A stretch of 64,000 bases of DNA from a virus. Below are positions 28,486 to 39,084 of this stretch, piece by piece. The stretch is from IMG/VR virus record IMGVR_UViG_3300028840_006907, positions 288,001 through 352,000 of that record; one strand, given 5' to 3'. The translations under genes and the position numbers were made by a program. A model generated the notes under the pieces. It was not told the DNA's origin and ran no database searches. It saw nothing but the letters and a program-made list of their open reading frames with translations. How positions within the stretch are numbered: position 1 is the stretch's first letter; every line of letters begins with the position of its first letter.

Positions 28486-29545
28486 AGTTATCTCCGTAAC
28501 ATTCTATTATTTGATGTATTATCTTATTTTTTGCCTCATTAGCACATTGATGTGTACAAGATATGTCAGGTCTAAAATTTTGAAAGAAATTTTCTGTATC
28601 TCGTGAGAACCAGGTTTCACTGAATTTTTTATTTTTAATGGATCCTACCAATCCTTTTGGAGAATAAGCCATATTGTGACAAGTATAGATATTGAGATCA
28701 GCTCCAATTACAGGTACTATTAACGAGAAGAAACATTTTTTGTATTCTCTTTTATTTACCATAGGAGATATATTGTAACTGTCAAAAACATCAATACCTT
28801 CAATTTGACTAGCATATATAGTATCCAATTGTTCTCTTACTTGATATTTAATGGTATTGTGATAGTTATAAAAATCAGGAACCCACACCGGGGAGAATCG
28901 TATATTATCTACACCCATTTTATGTACAAGTTGAAAAGCTTCTATTAAGAATTCACAATTTTCTTTTGTTATGATATAGTTGACCCCGAGATTACAGGAA
29001 CTTTCTTTTTTTGAAAAGTTAAGAACATTTTCTACTATTTGATGAAACATTTTAGGGGATGCTTTTCTCGATTCGATAAAACTTTTTTCATCCCAGTAAT
29101 CGATAGAAACTCTAATCCATTTAGCATGAGTCATAATATCAGCTATGTTTCCACTGAGGAATTGACCATTTGTTAATATGGAAAGATCTATTTTACACTC
29201 AAGAGTTTTTTCAAGTATTTTCTCAATACCTTTATGAATTAATGGCTCTCCTCCACCAGAATAGGTAATAGCTTTAACACCAATGTCTTGAAGATCCTCT
29301 AATATTTCCATCATCTTTTCTGTGGGAATTTCATCCACTCTTTTCATATCGTCATGCATTTTAGAAAAGGAATAGTTGTACACACAGAAGTAACAATTAT
29401 GACAACATCTATTGGTAGGTTTTATTCTGACATAGATAGGAGAAGTTACAACATCATTTCGAAACGATTTCAATTTATCAGGAAACCACACTATTTTATA
29501 GTTGTTGTATTTATTATTCATTGTCATAGAAACCTCGTGTTTCAA
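28478..29545 (-). CDS. radical SAM enzyme
   Basis: 'IKPTNRCCHNCYFCVY' is CxxxCxxC. 'GGEPL' glycine motif. Possible extra Cys cluster 'CTHQCANE'. Confidence 0.8.
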   Translation of the reverse strand: MKHEVSMTMNNKYNNYKIVWFPDKLKSFRNDVVTSPIYVRIKPTNRCCHNCYFCVYNYSFSKMHDDMKRVDEIPTEKMMEILEDLQDIGVKAITYSGGGEPLIHKGIEKILEKTLECKIDLSILTNGQFLSGNIADIMTHAKWIRVSIDYWDEKSFIESRKASPKMFHQIVENVLNFSKKESSCNLGVNYIITKENCEFLIEAFQLVHKMGVDNIRFSPVWVPDFYNYHNTIKYQVREQLDTIYASQIEGIDVFDSYNISPMVNKREYKKCFFSLIVPVIGADLNIYTCHNMAYSPKGLVGSIKNKKFSETWFSRDTENFFQNFRPDISCTHQCANEAKNKIIHQIIECYGDNYV

Positions 29546-30038
29546 TTAGCATCATAGAGGTTTCCCATTTTGCTGCCTCTTTATAATGGTATAAAATTTC
29601 TTCTGAGTTATTTAATCTGATAACAGGAAAATCTACCATTTTCGATACAGCTTCAGTATGGTCCTGGACATGAGTTATGCAACTATATAAAGGTTTTTCT
29701 TTTTTCCCAATGACAACTCTTATAATCACTTTAGGATCGTAATCACCGTTTGACATAACTTTTATTTTGTCTAAATGATTTACTATTGAATCTAGTGCAT
29801 TTAAAACAAAATCAAATCGTTCAAAATAAACAATTGGTTTGTATCCTCTGATGCTCATTCCTATGGCCATTCCTGCCATTAAGTTCTCGGCTACAGGTGT
29901 TTCGATTAATTGAGATTCCGGAACATCAATTAAGGTATTAGCTGCTCTAGTGTATTTTGTATTATATCCTATAAATACTGTTTTTTCTTGTTTAGCCAAT
30001 TCATTCATCGAGTATTTAAGAGCATCTATATATCGCAT
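29514..30038 (-). CDS. transketolase-like pyrimidine-binding subunit (C-terminal half)
   Basis: 'ETPVAENLMAGMAIGMSIRGYKPIVY' matches the transketolase Pyr domain. Confidence 0.7.
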   Translation of the reverse strand: MRYIDALKYSMNELAKQEKTVFIGYNTKYTRAANTLIDVPESQLIETPVAENLMAGMAIGMSIRGYKPIVYFERFDFVLNALDSIVNHLDKIKVMSNGDYDPKVIIRVVIGKKEKPLYSCITHVQDHTEAVSKMVDFPVIRLNNSEEILYHYKEAAKWETSMMLIETRGFYDNE

Positions 30039-30656
30039 CTATTTAACCTTTTCTTTTGGTGTAATAATCAGATAACCTTGGTCTCGGTAATCTTTTGTGA
30101 CATCGTGTGTCTCTTTAAACATTTCAACAATGTAATTAGTACCATTTAAACCGTATTTAGGTCTGAAGTATCTGTAACGTGCTATTAAATTACCTGTTTC
30201 AAATGGCCCATCTTCATGATGATTTAGATCATCAATAATCATGACGTCTTTACCTTTTCGATATTTTTTTATCATTTCGAGTTCTAAGTTTAAAGGAAAT
30301 TTCAATCTTTTTGGAAGATCTTCATCATAGTGATGTCCATCTATCTGAAAGTCAGCTCCGGGAAAATGAGCATCTAAAAAGAAAAGAACTACATCAGTTT
30401 CTTTAACTTCATTTTTAAATAGTGATTCGAGTCCTACTGGAGATTCACAATTCAAAAAATTAATTCGTGGGTCTACAATATTTTTTGAGGTTTCATTGAA
30501 AAGTTTTTCGATAATTTCAATAGAGTGTATTTTTTCAAAAGGAAATCCTAATGCATATGTTACTCCTTCTCCTTTTCCCGTACCTGTCTCTATCATAATA
30601 TTGCATCCGTAATCTCTGATATACTCATCAAGTTTATGCTTGTTTAGAGTTCCCAT
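30039..30656 (-). CDS. methyltransferase-like protein (paralog of 32001..32615)
   Basis: 'IETGTGKGEGVTYAL' and 'VLFFLDAHFPGADF' are shared with the paralog. Confidence 0.4.
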   Translation of the reverse strand: MGTLNKHKLDEYIRDYGCNIMIETGTGKGEGVTYALGFPFEKIHSIEIIEKLFNETSKNIVDPRINFLNCESPVGLESLFKNEVKETDVVLFFLDAHFPGADFQIDGHHYDEDLPKRLKFPLNLELEMIKKYRKGKDVMIIDDLNHHEDGPFETGNLIARYRYFRPKYGLNGTNYIVEMFKETHDVTKDYRDQGYLIITPKEKVK

Positions 30657-31513
30657 TATATTTCCCTTTGGTTAAAGTTTGGTGTATAAAATTGTTGAAT
30701 CGCTTTATAATCATGTGGTAAAAAGTATTTCTTTATCCATGTATATGTAGGCATTCTATTGTAGATATTTTGATCATGAGTTTTTATGAATAATTTATGA
30801 GGAGGAAGTACTTTACAACATAAAATAGCACAGAAAGAATCGCACCCAACATAATAACCTGCGTATTTTGACAGGGCTATTATTGAAGTTAAAGGAATGT
30901 CTTTTGGGGCTATGAAATGATTTAAAGTAGGTGCAACAGGTGTGTCTGAAATAATGAGAACCTTTAAGCCAGTCTTTATTGACAGGTTATTTATAAATTC
31001 CCAATCATCATTATTGATAACCGCTATATCACTTCGTGGTCTTGAAGAGGTTGGATAGTGCATTAAGATATATTTAAAAGGTTCTATTTTTAATCCATTC
31101 CAATCAATATCATCAACACTAGCGCTCATTAAAAATGATGACCCTTGAAAAGTTCTATTGGTATCCATTATCATTGGTACCATGTCTACGGGACGTACAT
31201 CATCTTCAGGTTTTATATTAAGTAATTCTTTTCCTATTGTGTAATCAGGTTCGATGTCAGATCTAAAATGCCAGAAGGTATCTTTTATCGGGCTAGATTG
31301 AAAGGTCCTTCTCATATTTTTTCTACCTACTTCTTCATCTATGAAGTGATGCTTTTTTACTCTGTAATAGATATTATGATCAATTATAGGAGCTATGCAT
31401 TTCCCAAATCTGCATGGCCAGTATATTTCAGTTATAGATTCTCTTTCTTTTTGAGTCATTAAAGCATCGATACACATCATATCTCCGATGCCGACAGAGA
31501 AGTAAATTTTCAT
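30656..31513 (-). CDS. hypothetical protein
   Basis: ORF in operon. Starts 'VGIGDMMCIDAL'. Confidence 0.4.
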   Translation of the reverse strand: MKIYFSVGIGDMMCIDALMTQKERESITEIYWPCRFGKCIAPIIDHNIYYRVKKHHFIDEEVGRKNMRRTFQSSPIKDTFWHFRSDIEPDYTIGKELLNIKPEDDVRPVDMVPMIMDTNRTFQGSSFLMSASVDDIDWNGLKIEPFKYILMHYPTSSRPRSDIAVINNDDWEFINNLSIKTGLKVLIISDTPVAPTLNHFIAPKDIPLTSIIALSKYAGYYVGCDSFCAILCCKVLPPHKLFIKTHDQNIYNRMPTYTWIKKYFLPHDYKAIQQFYTPNFNQREI

Positions 31514-32001
31514 TATTTTTCTCCAAAAATCATAAATGAGTGAAATAGGTCCCTTTCGGAAGCATAAATATTTTTATAGCCTTTGTTTTTCATGTAATCT
31601 TGGATAATTTTAGGTGTAAAGATATGCCTATGTTTTCTATTGTTCCATGGCCTCCAATATTCTTGTTCATAATGAGGAAGGTATAAGAACAATATCCCTC
31701 CTTCTTTTAAAATTTCATACCAATAATCCATGGCATCTATCCAGTTTTCGATATGTTCTAAGCAATGACTTGAGAAGACATAATCGACATCTTTCTTTGG
31801 TAAATTTAAAGCATGATACCCATCATCGAAGATTAGGTCAATAGGAATAGCTCCAGGTAAAGCCCAGGATCCTTTTCTGCATCCTATGTCATAACCTGTA
31901 CCTTTACATAATTGTTGGGCATAAGGTATAGCGAATTTGGCTGCATAACCTTCTGCTTGAAAATGGGGGTAAAATTTATTATTGAATTCTATTAATTCCA
32001 T
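31513..32001 (-). CDS. class I SAM-dependent methyltransferase
   Basis: 'YDIGCRKGSWAL' is motif I. 'VFSSHCLEHI' is post-I. Confidence 0.65.
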   Translation of the reverse strand: MELIEFNNKFYPHFQAEGYAAKFAIPYAQQLCKGTGYDIGCRKGSWALPGAIPIDLIFDDGYHALNLPKKDVDYVFSSHCLEHIENWIDAMDYWYEILKEGGILFLYLPHYEQEYWRPWNNRKHRHIFTPKIIQDYMKNKGYKNIYASERDLFHSFMIFGEK

Positions 32002-32615
32002 TATTCCTCTCGTTTTGGTGTTATTATCATATATCCTTGTGATTGGAAATCTCTAGTAAGAGAATGTGTCTTTCCGAATGCATCAAAAAGGAATTTTGAT
32101 CCGGAGGTAGGAGATATTTCATGGGCTAAAGTATTCGGTCCATCTGTAAAGGGGCCACTCTCATAAAGGCGTAAATCATCAGTTATAATTATATCATTTG
32201 TGACATCTTTTAAAGATGTGATTACTTCTACTTCTTTCTCACATGGGAGTCTCGTATTATAATCAGGTTCACTATTATAATAGGTATAATGGAAGTCAGC
32301 TCCTGGGAAATGAGCATCTAAAAAGAACAGTGTGTTGCCTTTCAAGTCCTTTATGATTTCGGGCAGAATTTTAAATGAGTTACCGTGATAAATTTTACAA
32401 TTTTTCCCTTTTTCTTTTGATAGAGCATCAAATTTTTTTACTGCTTTTTTATATATCTGATCATAAATCTCTATTGAATAAAAATTTTCAAAGGAATAAT
32501 TTAATGCATATTCCAAGCAATCACCTTCACCGGTACCAGTTTCAACATAATTTTTGAGGTTAAACGATTTAATCCATTTTTCCATTTCTGTAATAACTTG
32601 ATTTATGTGTCCCAT
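32001..32615 (-). CDS. methyltransferase-like protein (paralog of 30039..30656)
   Basis: 'VETGTGEGDCLEYAL' and 'LFFLDAHFPGADF'. Confidence 0.4.
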   Translation of the reverse strand: MGHINQVITEMEKWIKSFNLKNYVETGTGEGDCLEYALNYSFENFYSIEIYDQIYKKAVKKFDALSKEKGKNCKIYHGNSFKILPEIIKDLKGNTLFFLDAHFPGADFHYTYYNSEPDYNTRLPCEKEVEVITSLKDVTNDIIITDDLRLYESGPFTDGPNTLAHEISPTSGSKFLFDAFGKTHSLTRDFQSQGYMIITPKREE

Positions 32616-32623
32616 TTAATTCC

Positions 32624-33286
32624 TTATCTATAATTGTAATTGACTTTGAATAAGTCTTTGAGGTGGTAATAGTTCTTTGGTCCCCATCTTGAAAAGAGAT
32701 CAATCTTTTTTGCCTTTAAAGTAAGCTTTTCCATTATGTAATTAAACACTGTATCGATTAATTGAATCTCTTCAGCATTTTCAATTACTTTGGACCAATC
32801 AATTACATTAAAACCTTCATAAAGAGTATTATCTATTATTCTTAAATTAGTGGTAATTGGTATGGGAAAACATTTACTATGAGGAGGAGTACCATAATGA
32901 ATATTTCTAAAGACATATCTCTCATTATCTTTTAAACCTAGTATTTTATAATAAAGTTCATTTTCTTTCTTAGGGAATCTTTTAAAATTAAAGTAATTGG
33001 TCCAATCCCTGTGATCCAGTCCTACTAATTTATACTTTCCTTCCATGATAGGACCTGGAATTATTTGATCCGCATTTTGTAGATCTACATAGAGGTCTAT
33101 ATTATCGGGTTGGCCAAGAGGTACGAATTCGACTCCTGGGCTTATGAGGTAATCATTATACCATAAAAATTCTTTTCTGACGGGCCATTTTACTTGATAG
33201 CCTTGGTGCACAAAGTGCTGACCAATTTTTTGACAGAAAAAGACATCTCCAATGCCAGCCGGTTGATTTATTACGCATAGTTTCAT
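32624..33286 (-). CDS. hypothetical protein
   Basis: ORF in operon. 'AGIGDVFFCQK' is weakly similar to the N-terminus of 30656..31513. Confidence 0.4.
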   Translation of the reverse strand: MKLCVINQPAGIGDVFFCQKIGQHFVHQGYQVKWPVRKEFLWYNDYLISPGVEFVPLGQPDNIDLYVDLQNADQIIPGPIMEGKYKLVGLDHRDWTNYFNFKRFPKKENELYYKILGLKDNERYVFRNIHYGTPPHSKCFPIPITTNLRIIDNTLYEGFNVIDWSKVIENAEEIQLIDTVFNYIMEKLTLKAKKIDLFSRWGPKNYYHLKDLFKVNYNYR

Positions 33287-34090
33287 TTATCCAATAATAT
33301 CCTTTAAGTATTTGTCGTATAAGATATCTTCAATTATGTCATACTGTAAGGCAATTTTGAAATTATTCTCAATATATTCCATCAAGGAATAATACAATTC
33401 AGGGGATAAATCCGATACATCAAAGTCATCTTTTAATGTTATGATACCACGACTATCAAAAAACTCTCCTACATCGGGACTCCCATGATATACTGGAACT
33501 GTACCAGTAGTAAAACAGTCCAATATTTTTTCAGTCCAGTAAGTTTCATATTGTGAATTTTCAATTGTAACGGAGAACATGTAATCTACCAGAGCAATTT
33601 CTTTTTTCTCTATTTCATTAAACCCTCTGCCGTAAAGATCTAATTTATCTCTTAATTTATTTACCCATGCTAGTCTGAAATTATGGCCAGCACACATCCT
33701 TTTAGCAGAACTCATCATTGAGGCTAATTTAGTCTTCTTATAAATTTTAGGTTCCTTTATCCAGTACCCGTGAGAGGTGATGTAATGGAAATTATCTGCA
33801 AGGCTGTAGATTCTTTTGTCATGGGTAAATAGGAGAGGATAGGATTCTGAAATTTCTTTTGCATGGGCTATTATGTTGTCTATTACATTAGGAATAATTG
33901 AACTGGATTCTACTACCCAGGCAATTTTATTCGTTTTATTATTTATGTTCGGAACTATTTGTTCATCTACGAAAAAAGTCAGATCTTCTTGTTTACCTTT
34001 AGACCAATCAAAGTACGTAGGTTTTTTCCATAGTGTAGAAGAATAAGCATGTTGGAACCAACCACCTATAAGTCCTATTTTCTTTTTCAT
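33287..34090 (-). CDS. GT10-like (alpha-1,3-fucosyltransferase family) glycosyltransferase
   Basis: 'YMFSVTIENSQYETYWTEKILDCFTTGTVPVYHGS' matches the GT10 signature (FENSxxxxYxTEK...VPVxxG). Confidence 0.5.
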   Translation of the reverse strand: MKKKIGLIGGWFQHAYSSTLWKKPTYFDWSKGKQEDLTFFVDEQIVPNINNKTNKIAWVVESSSIIPNVIDNIIAHAKEISESYPLLFTHDKRIYSLADNFHYITSHGYWIKEPKIYKKTKLASMMSSAKRMCAGHNFRLAWVNKLRDKLDLYGRGFNEIEKKEIALVDYMFSVTIENSQYETYWTEKILDCFTTGTVPVYHGSPDVGEFFDSRGIITLKDDFDVSDLSPELYYSLMEYIENNFKIALQYDIIEDILYDKYLKDIIG

Positions 34091-34710
34091 TACAGACCGC
34101 CCTTGATATAGAATGCATCACCCCATGTCCCTCCATCCCATGTGGTCTCAGCTCTTTCAAAACCGTATTTTGAAAGGAAAGAATCCAACTCAGTTACCAT
34201 GCAACAATTTTCATAGACTTGATCACGATTTACTTCAGCAATGATATAGTCAATCTTTCTTAATGTCTCTGTGCCCCCTTTAAAAACTTCCAGCTCAAAT
34301 CCCTGGACATCAATATTAATGAGGTTGCTAAAATCAGAAAAATAAAAGTTGTCTAATTTTTCTACTCTTATCTCATCCGATTCTTCAAACTTAATATGTG
34401 GGTACTGTCTTAAATGTATCAGTGGTTTTAATAAGGAGCTAGATTCTCCTTGATTGGATGATTTATAGAAAGTCTTAAAACATTCTTCCGGACCTAAAGC
34501 AATGTTATAAATTCTTACTCTAGAGTCGTCTTTGATATTCTCGTATAGTACTTTAAAGGAATCTGGATCGGGTTCGAAAAAGTTCATCTCTTTTATTGAA
34601 TCATATTTTATATAAATTTTATATTCTTCCCCATAATGGGCTCCTATATGAATGATCCCAGTAACATTCATGTCGTATTTGTTTATTAATCTATCGAAAT
34701 CAAGTAGCAT
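34090..34710 (-). CDS. FkbM-family methyltransferase
   Basis: 'IIHIGAHYGEEY' and 'IDVQGFELEVFKGG' are the FkbM-domain hallmarks. Confidence 0.65.
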   Translation of the reverse strand: MLLDFDRLINKYDMNVTGIIHIGAHYGEEYKIYIKYDSIKEMNFFEPDPDSFKVLYENIKDDSRVRIYNIALGPEECFKTFYKSSNQGESSSLLKPLIHLRQYPHIKFEESDEIRVEKLDNFYFSDFSNLINIDVQGFELEVFKGGTETLRKIDYIIAEVNRDQVYENCCMVTELDSFLSKYGFERAETTWDGGTWGDAFYIKGGL

Positions 34711-36765
34711 TTAATCCTCCCACTTAAGTTCAATCTCTTGATGTGGGGAAATATTTTTTACCCCTTTAATATTTCTGATAGATAGTTTACGGCCTTCCAA
34801 ATATTTCTGATTAAATTCTCCTGCTGAAATATTACCATGTCTGTTAGGGTAAGCTCCAACAAGATTTACAGGTATATTAACAATTTTAGATTCGTCATAA
34901 CAGAGCATCATAGGTCTTTCTGGAATCTGTTTCATAAGAGCATCTTCGAAAGTATTAGGATTGTTATAGGTACCGTTTTTTATTGCACTCATTAAATCAG
35001 GTGTACGATAGATATTTCCATCAACACTCATGGGATACCCCCAATCCCCGGCATAATTTTTCCATTCCCATTTATTTTCTGAAGAAAGATCGGGAGGCGG
35101 AGATGGTATGTTTTGGGGATAACAGAAATTGATCCTAGAGCATAATCTCAAAGAGATGCTTAAGATCTCATCTGGATTTAATTTGTCAAAGTCATTTCTT
35201 AATTTGTACGGTTCTTTGAATACAATGTCATCAACTAAAAACATTGTATATTCTTTTTCGGTATTTACAGCATTTATAACTGAATCTTTAAAATCATTAG
35301 TTTGTTTATAAAAGTAGAATCCTGGATGATCTGAGATAACTTTATCATAACCAGCTTTAAAATCATCGTTACTGTATGTCCATATAATAGTTATTTTGAA
35401 TTCGTACCAGTTTTCCCAAAGTTCCTTTATACTTCTTAATAATAAATCTAGTTGACATGCCCGATCTTTACTGAAAATAACAACATTCATATTTTTTAGT
35501 CTTTTATAGGGAGGTCTTTGGAAGATCCCATGAGCACAGTCCCTCTGTGTAGACCCTCTTTTATGGTCATTGACATCACTTTCAGTATTATAGATGTAGT
35601 TAAATGAAGTTAATAATTTAGCGTGTGAAGGACCTGCCATTTCGAGCATGGGTATCATGAATGACAAATCTCCTGCCATATGCCAGAAAGTGTCACCAGA
35701 GATAAAATCTCTTTTATCTATTTTTCTAAACAGCCATGTTTTAAAGGTCCTTAAATGAGTGGCTCTCCAGTCGGTGGTTTTTCTGAGAAGGTCCCAATTG
35801 GGCATTTTTGCCCATCCATCTCGTTCACCTCTTCCATTATATTCTCTAAATTGTCCGAATGAGATCCAGGTATCCGGGTCTTTATAAGCTTCAAGGACTC
35901 TTTCAAAAACCTTATTGTCATCTGGTAGCCAGTCATCTCCATCAATATTTATACAAATATCTTGATTATTAATTTCGGGTCTATGTAAAGTATGATAATA
36001 ATTTCCGCTGACATATCTTTTTTCGGTATTATTTATAATAACAAATCGATCATCTCCGTAAGTATGCCTTTCAATAAAATCAAGACTGTTATCTGTAGAT
36101 AGGTCATTACAGATATAACATTTCCAGTTTCTTACTGATTGGTTTTTTATACTGTTGATACATCGGATAATGTATTTACCTGCATTCCAACATGGAGTGA
36201 CAATTCGTAATGTATTTTTTTCTTCTTGATATTCTTGTAACACTTTGACTTCAGGTTTGGTCTCTTCTTTTTGGATACTCTTTTTTCGAACAACAATTTC
36301 GAAGGACCATTCTCCGTACATTTTTAAGTCGTAACGTTCATGATGGATAAGTTCTACACCACCTATTTTTTGAAGAATTTCCCAGAGATCTTCCCAGCCA
36401 AAATGATGGATATGTTTTTTGTTACATCTTGGATCATCTAATGGATGATAATATTCTTTGTCTACTTGGTAGAGGACTAGATATCCATCATCTTTGAGTA
36501 TTCTGAGCCACTCTCTGAGGGTTGCTTCGGTATCATATATTTCTTCCAATAAATGACTGGAATAGACATAATCAAAATGTTTATCAGGGTAGCAGGGCAT
36601 GAGACGGGCGTCTATGGGCATGTCTGCGAAAGGACTTAAAAGATCTATCCCTATAGCATCAATTTTTATTTTTGTATTACCACAGCCTAAGTCAACTCCT
36701 TGACCTTGACAGTATTTGAGTAATCTATTTCTGCAATTATCTGTTTCTCCTTTATGTCTTTCCAT
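34711..36765 (-). CDS. bifunctional class I methyltransferase / GT2 glycosyltransferase
   Basis: N-terminal 'VDLGCGN...YVYSSHLLEEI'. Central 'LRIVTPCWNAGKYIIRCINSIKNQ...CNDLSTDNS' is GT2. 684 aa. Confidence 0.75.
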   Translation of the reverse strand: MERHKGETDNCRNRLLKYCQGQGVDLGCGNTKIKIDAIGIDLLSPFADMPIDARLMPCYPDKHFDYVYSSHLLEEIYDTEATLREWLRILKDDGYLVLYQVDKEYYHPLDDPRCNKKHIHHFGWEDLWEILQKIGGVELIHHERYDLKMYGEWSFEIVVRKKSIQKEETKPEVKVLQEYQEEKNTLRIVTPCWNAGKYIIRCINSIKNQSVRNWKCYICNDLSTDNSLDFIERHTYGDDRFVIINNTEKRYVSGNYYHTLHRPEINNQDICINIDGDDWLPDDNKVFERVLEAYKDPDTWISFGQFREYNGRGERDGWAKMPNWDLLRKTTDWRATHLRTFKTWLFRKIDKRDFISGDTFWHMAGDLSFMIPMLEMAGPSHAKLLTSFNYIYNTESDVNDHKRGSTQRDCAHGIFQRPPYKRLKNMNVVIFSKDRACQLDLLLRSIKELWENWYEFKITIIWTYSNDDFKAGYDKVISDHPGFYFYKQTNDFKDSVINAVNTEKEYTMFLVDDIVFKEPYKLRNDFDKLNPDEILSISLRLCSRINFCYPQNIPSPPPDLSSENKWEWKNYAGDWGYPMSVDGNIYRTPDLMSAIKNGTYNNPNTFEDALMKQIPERPMMLCYDESKIVNIPVNLVGAYPNRHGNISAGEFNQKYLEGRKLSIRNIKGVKNISPHQEIELKWED

Positions 36766-36788
36766 TTTATTCCTCTAATTTAAATATG

Positions 36789-37337
36789 TTATCTGTTATC
36801 TTTTACAATCTGTTCTAATTGAGCTATACGATTTTTTAACTCAGTATTTTCAGTTTTTAATTTTTCTAATTCTTTCTCTTCTTCAATTTCGGTGTCTTTT
36901 ATCATAATGGAAAGAATTTCAATTTCAGCAGGTTTAATAATTTCTGGAAAATGTTCGAAATTAATTAAATAGAAATCTATTTCGATTTCTTCCTCCAGAA
37001 TTGAGTTGATTTCAGTAAAGAGTTTTTCATATTTATTTTTTAAATCAATAAGTTCAATTTTGAATTGAGGATTTTCTGCAACACCTTTAAATTCTTCGTT
37101 CTCGATGATGGGGGCATTATTTTCGTCTCTATCCACATATTTGGCACAAAGGTTTAGTCTCTTTTCTTCAAATTCATTTAAATCTTTTTGAAGGTTATCT
37201 AATATTTCGAGTTCTTCTTTTATCTTGTTTTTATTTTTTAATAAACCTAGTCCAAACCATTTGGATGCATCTATAATACTAACTCTTTGTATTGATTCGT
37301 TAATTTTTTTGATTTCTCCTCTTTTTATTTTAGCCAT
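36789..37337 (-). CDS. hypothetical coiled-coil protein
   Basis: E/K-rich ORF in operon. Confidence 0.4.
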   Translation of the reverse strand: MAKIKRGEIKKINESIQRVSIIDASKWFGLGLLKNKNKIKEELEILDNLQKDLNEFEEKRLNLCAKYVDRDENNAPIIENEEFKGVAENPQFKIELIDLKNKYEKLFTEINSILEEEIEIDFYLINFEHFPEIIKPAEIEILSIMIKDTEIEEEKELEKLKTENTELKNRIAQLEQIVKDNR

Positions 37338-37344
37338 TTTTTTC

Positions 37345-37842
37345 TCACTCTGTCCTTGTTATGTTGTAAACTTCAGTTTTTATCTTATCTAATTTTTTAA
37401 GAGTATCTTTTAAATTTTTCTCTATATCAAAGATTTCTTTCACAAATACTTCACTAGCGTTATATTGACCTTTTTTTATTTGCATTATAGCTATTTGTCT
37501 ATGTTCCGGTTCTGAAAGTACAAGAACGGTATTATCAGGAATTTTTCTTGAAATTATAACAGTAGCTCCCCACATATAACCCATAATACCATTTCTTATA
37601 GATTCTTTTCTTGTCTCCATATCAATTGAATCTTTACAAAATTTTCTAATATCAACATAAGATCTAGAATTCATTAAAACTTCATTTACTCTATTTTCAT
37701 GTTTTTCTATTTCTGCAAATCCATCAGCTAAAATATCGGGTATAAAATTAGGAATAGGGCTTTTAATAATTTTCCTAATATTTAATGACTTGATGAATTC
37801 TTCATATTCTATGTCTTTTAATTCTTTCGATAGGTATGCCAC
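37345..37842 (-). CDS. hypothetical protein
   Basis: ORF in operon. Confidence 0.4.
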   Translation of the reverse strand: MAYLSKELKDIEYEEFIKSLNIRKIIKSPIPNFIPDILADGFAEIEKHENRVNEVLMNSRSYVDIRKFCKDSIDMETRKESIRNGIMGYMWGATVIISRKIPDNTVLVLSEPEHRQIAIMQIKKGQYNASEVFVKEIFDIEKNLKDTLKKLDKIKTEVYNITRTE

Positions 37843-38393
37843 TATTCATCCCCTTTAAAGATAGTATCTAAAAGTGAACCTTTATTATCCGATAATATGC
37901 AATTTTCGAAATAGGTTTTGAAAGATAAAGCATTTATTAATCGTTGAAAATCGACTCTTATTATTTTAAAGAAATAGTCATAAGCACAAGATGGGCATAT
38001 ATGATATATTTCAGGTTTTCCAGAGTTTTCTGAAACAATATCATATTTAATACATGTACTCTTAGCAGGGATATTACATCCTTTGATAGAACATTTTTGA
38101 GCCCATTCAATTATCTCTATGAATACTCTTCCTTTTTCACCATTATAGAAATTTGTGTAGAAAGGATTTATTTTCATATAAGTAATAGGGAATATATTAT
38201 ATACAGTAAGAACCGTATGGGGCTCTTTCATTGTTGCATCGATATCTTCTGAATTTCGTGAAATATATAATTCAGAGTCACATTGCATAATTTCTTTAGC
38301 CTTATTTTTATCACTAGTGGCTATTACTACTCTGTATGAGAAATTCAAAAGATTATCAAAATATTTATCAGTTGTAAATACTTCTAAATTCAT
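37842..38393 (-). CDS. hypothetical protein
   Basis: ORF in operon. Confidence 0.4.
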   Translation of the reverse strand: MNLEVFTTDKYFDNLLNFSYRVVIATSDKNKAKEIMQCDSELYISRNSEDIDATMKEPHTVLTVYNIFPITYMKINPFYTNFYNGEKGRVFIEIIEWAQKCSIKGCNIPAKSTCIKYDIVSENSGKPEIYHICPSCAYDYFFKIIRVDFQRLINALSFKTYFENCILSDNKGSLLDTIFKGDE

Positions 38394-38731
38394 TATAATC
38401 CTAATCTTTTAATAGTATGAGCTATATTTGGGAAATCCTCTTTTAATATATTAAATTGATTTTTACTATATGCTTTGATTTCGGTTGCTTCAGGAGCTAT
38501 CCAAATTTGAGCACCCCATATTTTTGCACAACATCCTTTTTCAAAACGTTCCTTATTTTTTTCAAAATCAAAAAAATTGTATACTTCTCTTGCGTAAAAC
38601 CAGTCTTGTGGGCCTATAATTATATGATCAACTTCTTCTTTAGCGCTTCGTATTTTTGAAAATATCTGTCCAAAATATCCGATTATATCTTCTTCATTCA
38701 TTTTTTTTAAAATTGACATGTCTACTCCCAT
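38393..38731 (-). CDS. hypothetical protein (tandem paralog of 38722..39081)
   Basis: 'IWIAPEATEIKAYSKNQF' aligns with 'VLLIEEATEVKVYHEGNF' in the neighbouring ORF. Confidence 0.4.
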   Translation of the reverse strand: MGVDMSILKKMNEEDIIGYFGQIFSKIRSAKEEVDHIIIGPQDWFYAREVYNFFDFEKNKERFEKGCCAKIWGAQIWIAPEATEIKAYSKNQFNILKEDFPNIAHTIKRLGL

Positions 38732-39081
38732 CGTACTTTTTGTAATAATAGATTGTTAGGGAAGTCTTTTTTCATATCACTGAAATTTCCTTCGTGGTAA
38801 ACTTTGACTTCAGTTGCTTCTTCAATTAATAATACAGGGGTTTTCCATAGGAAACCCACTAGTCCATCTTGAGAGTGTTCATGTTTTTCGATAGAGTCGG
38901 TGTCTAAATATTCTCTGATACCTGATAAGGATGTGAGATAATCCCAATCAATTCGATTTATTATCATATAGCGTGGTTTTTTCTCTTGTCTGATAAAGAG
39001 CAAAGAGATGTGATTAATTACTTTATTCTTTTTAGTATTTTTATTACCGGTTTTTCCAGCGATTTCTTTTAAGCTTGGCAT
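38722..39081 (-). CDS. hypothetical protein (tandem paralog)
   Basis: See 38393..38731. Confidence 0.4.
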   Translation of the reverse strand: MPSLKEIAGKTGNKNTKKNKVINHISLLFIRQEKKPRYMIINRIDWDYLTSLSGIREYLDTDSIEKHEHSQDGLVGFLWKTPVLLIEEATEVKVYHEGNFSDMKKDFPNNLLLQKVRWE

Positions 39082-39084
39082 TTA

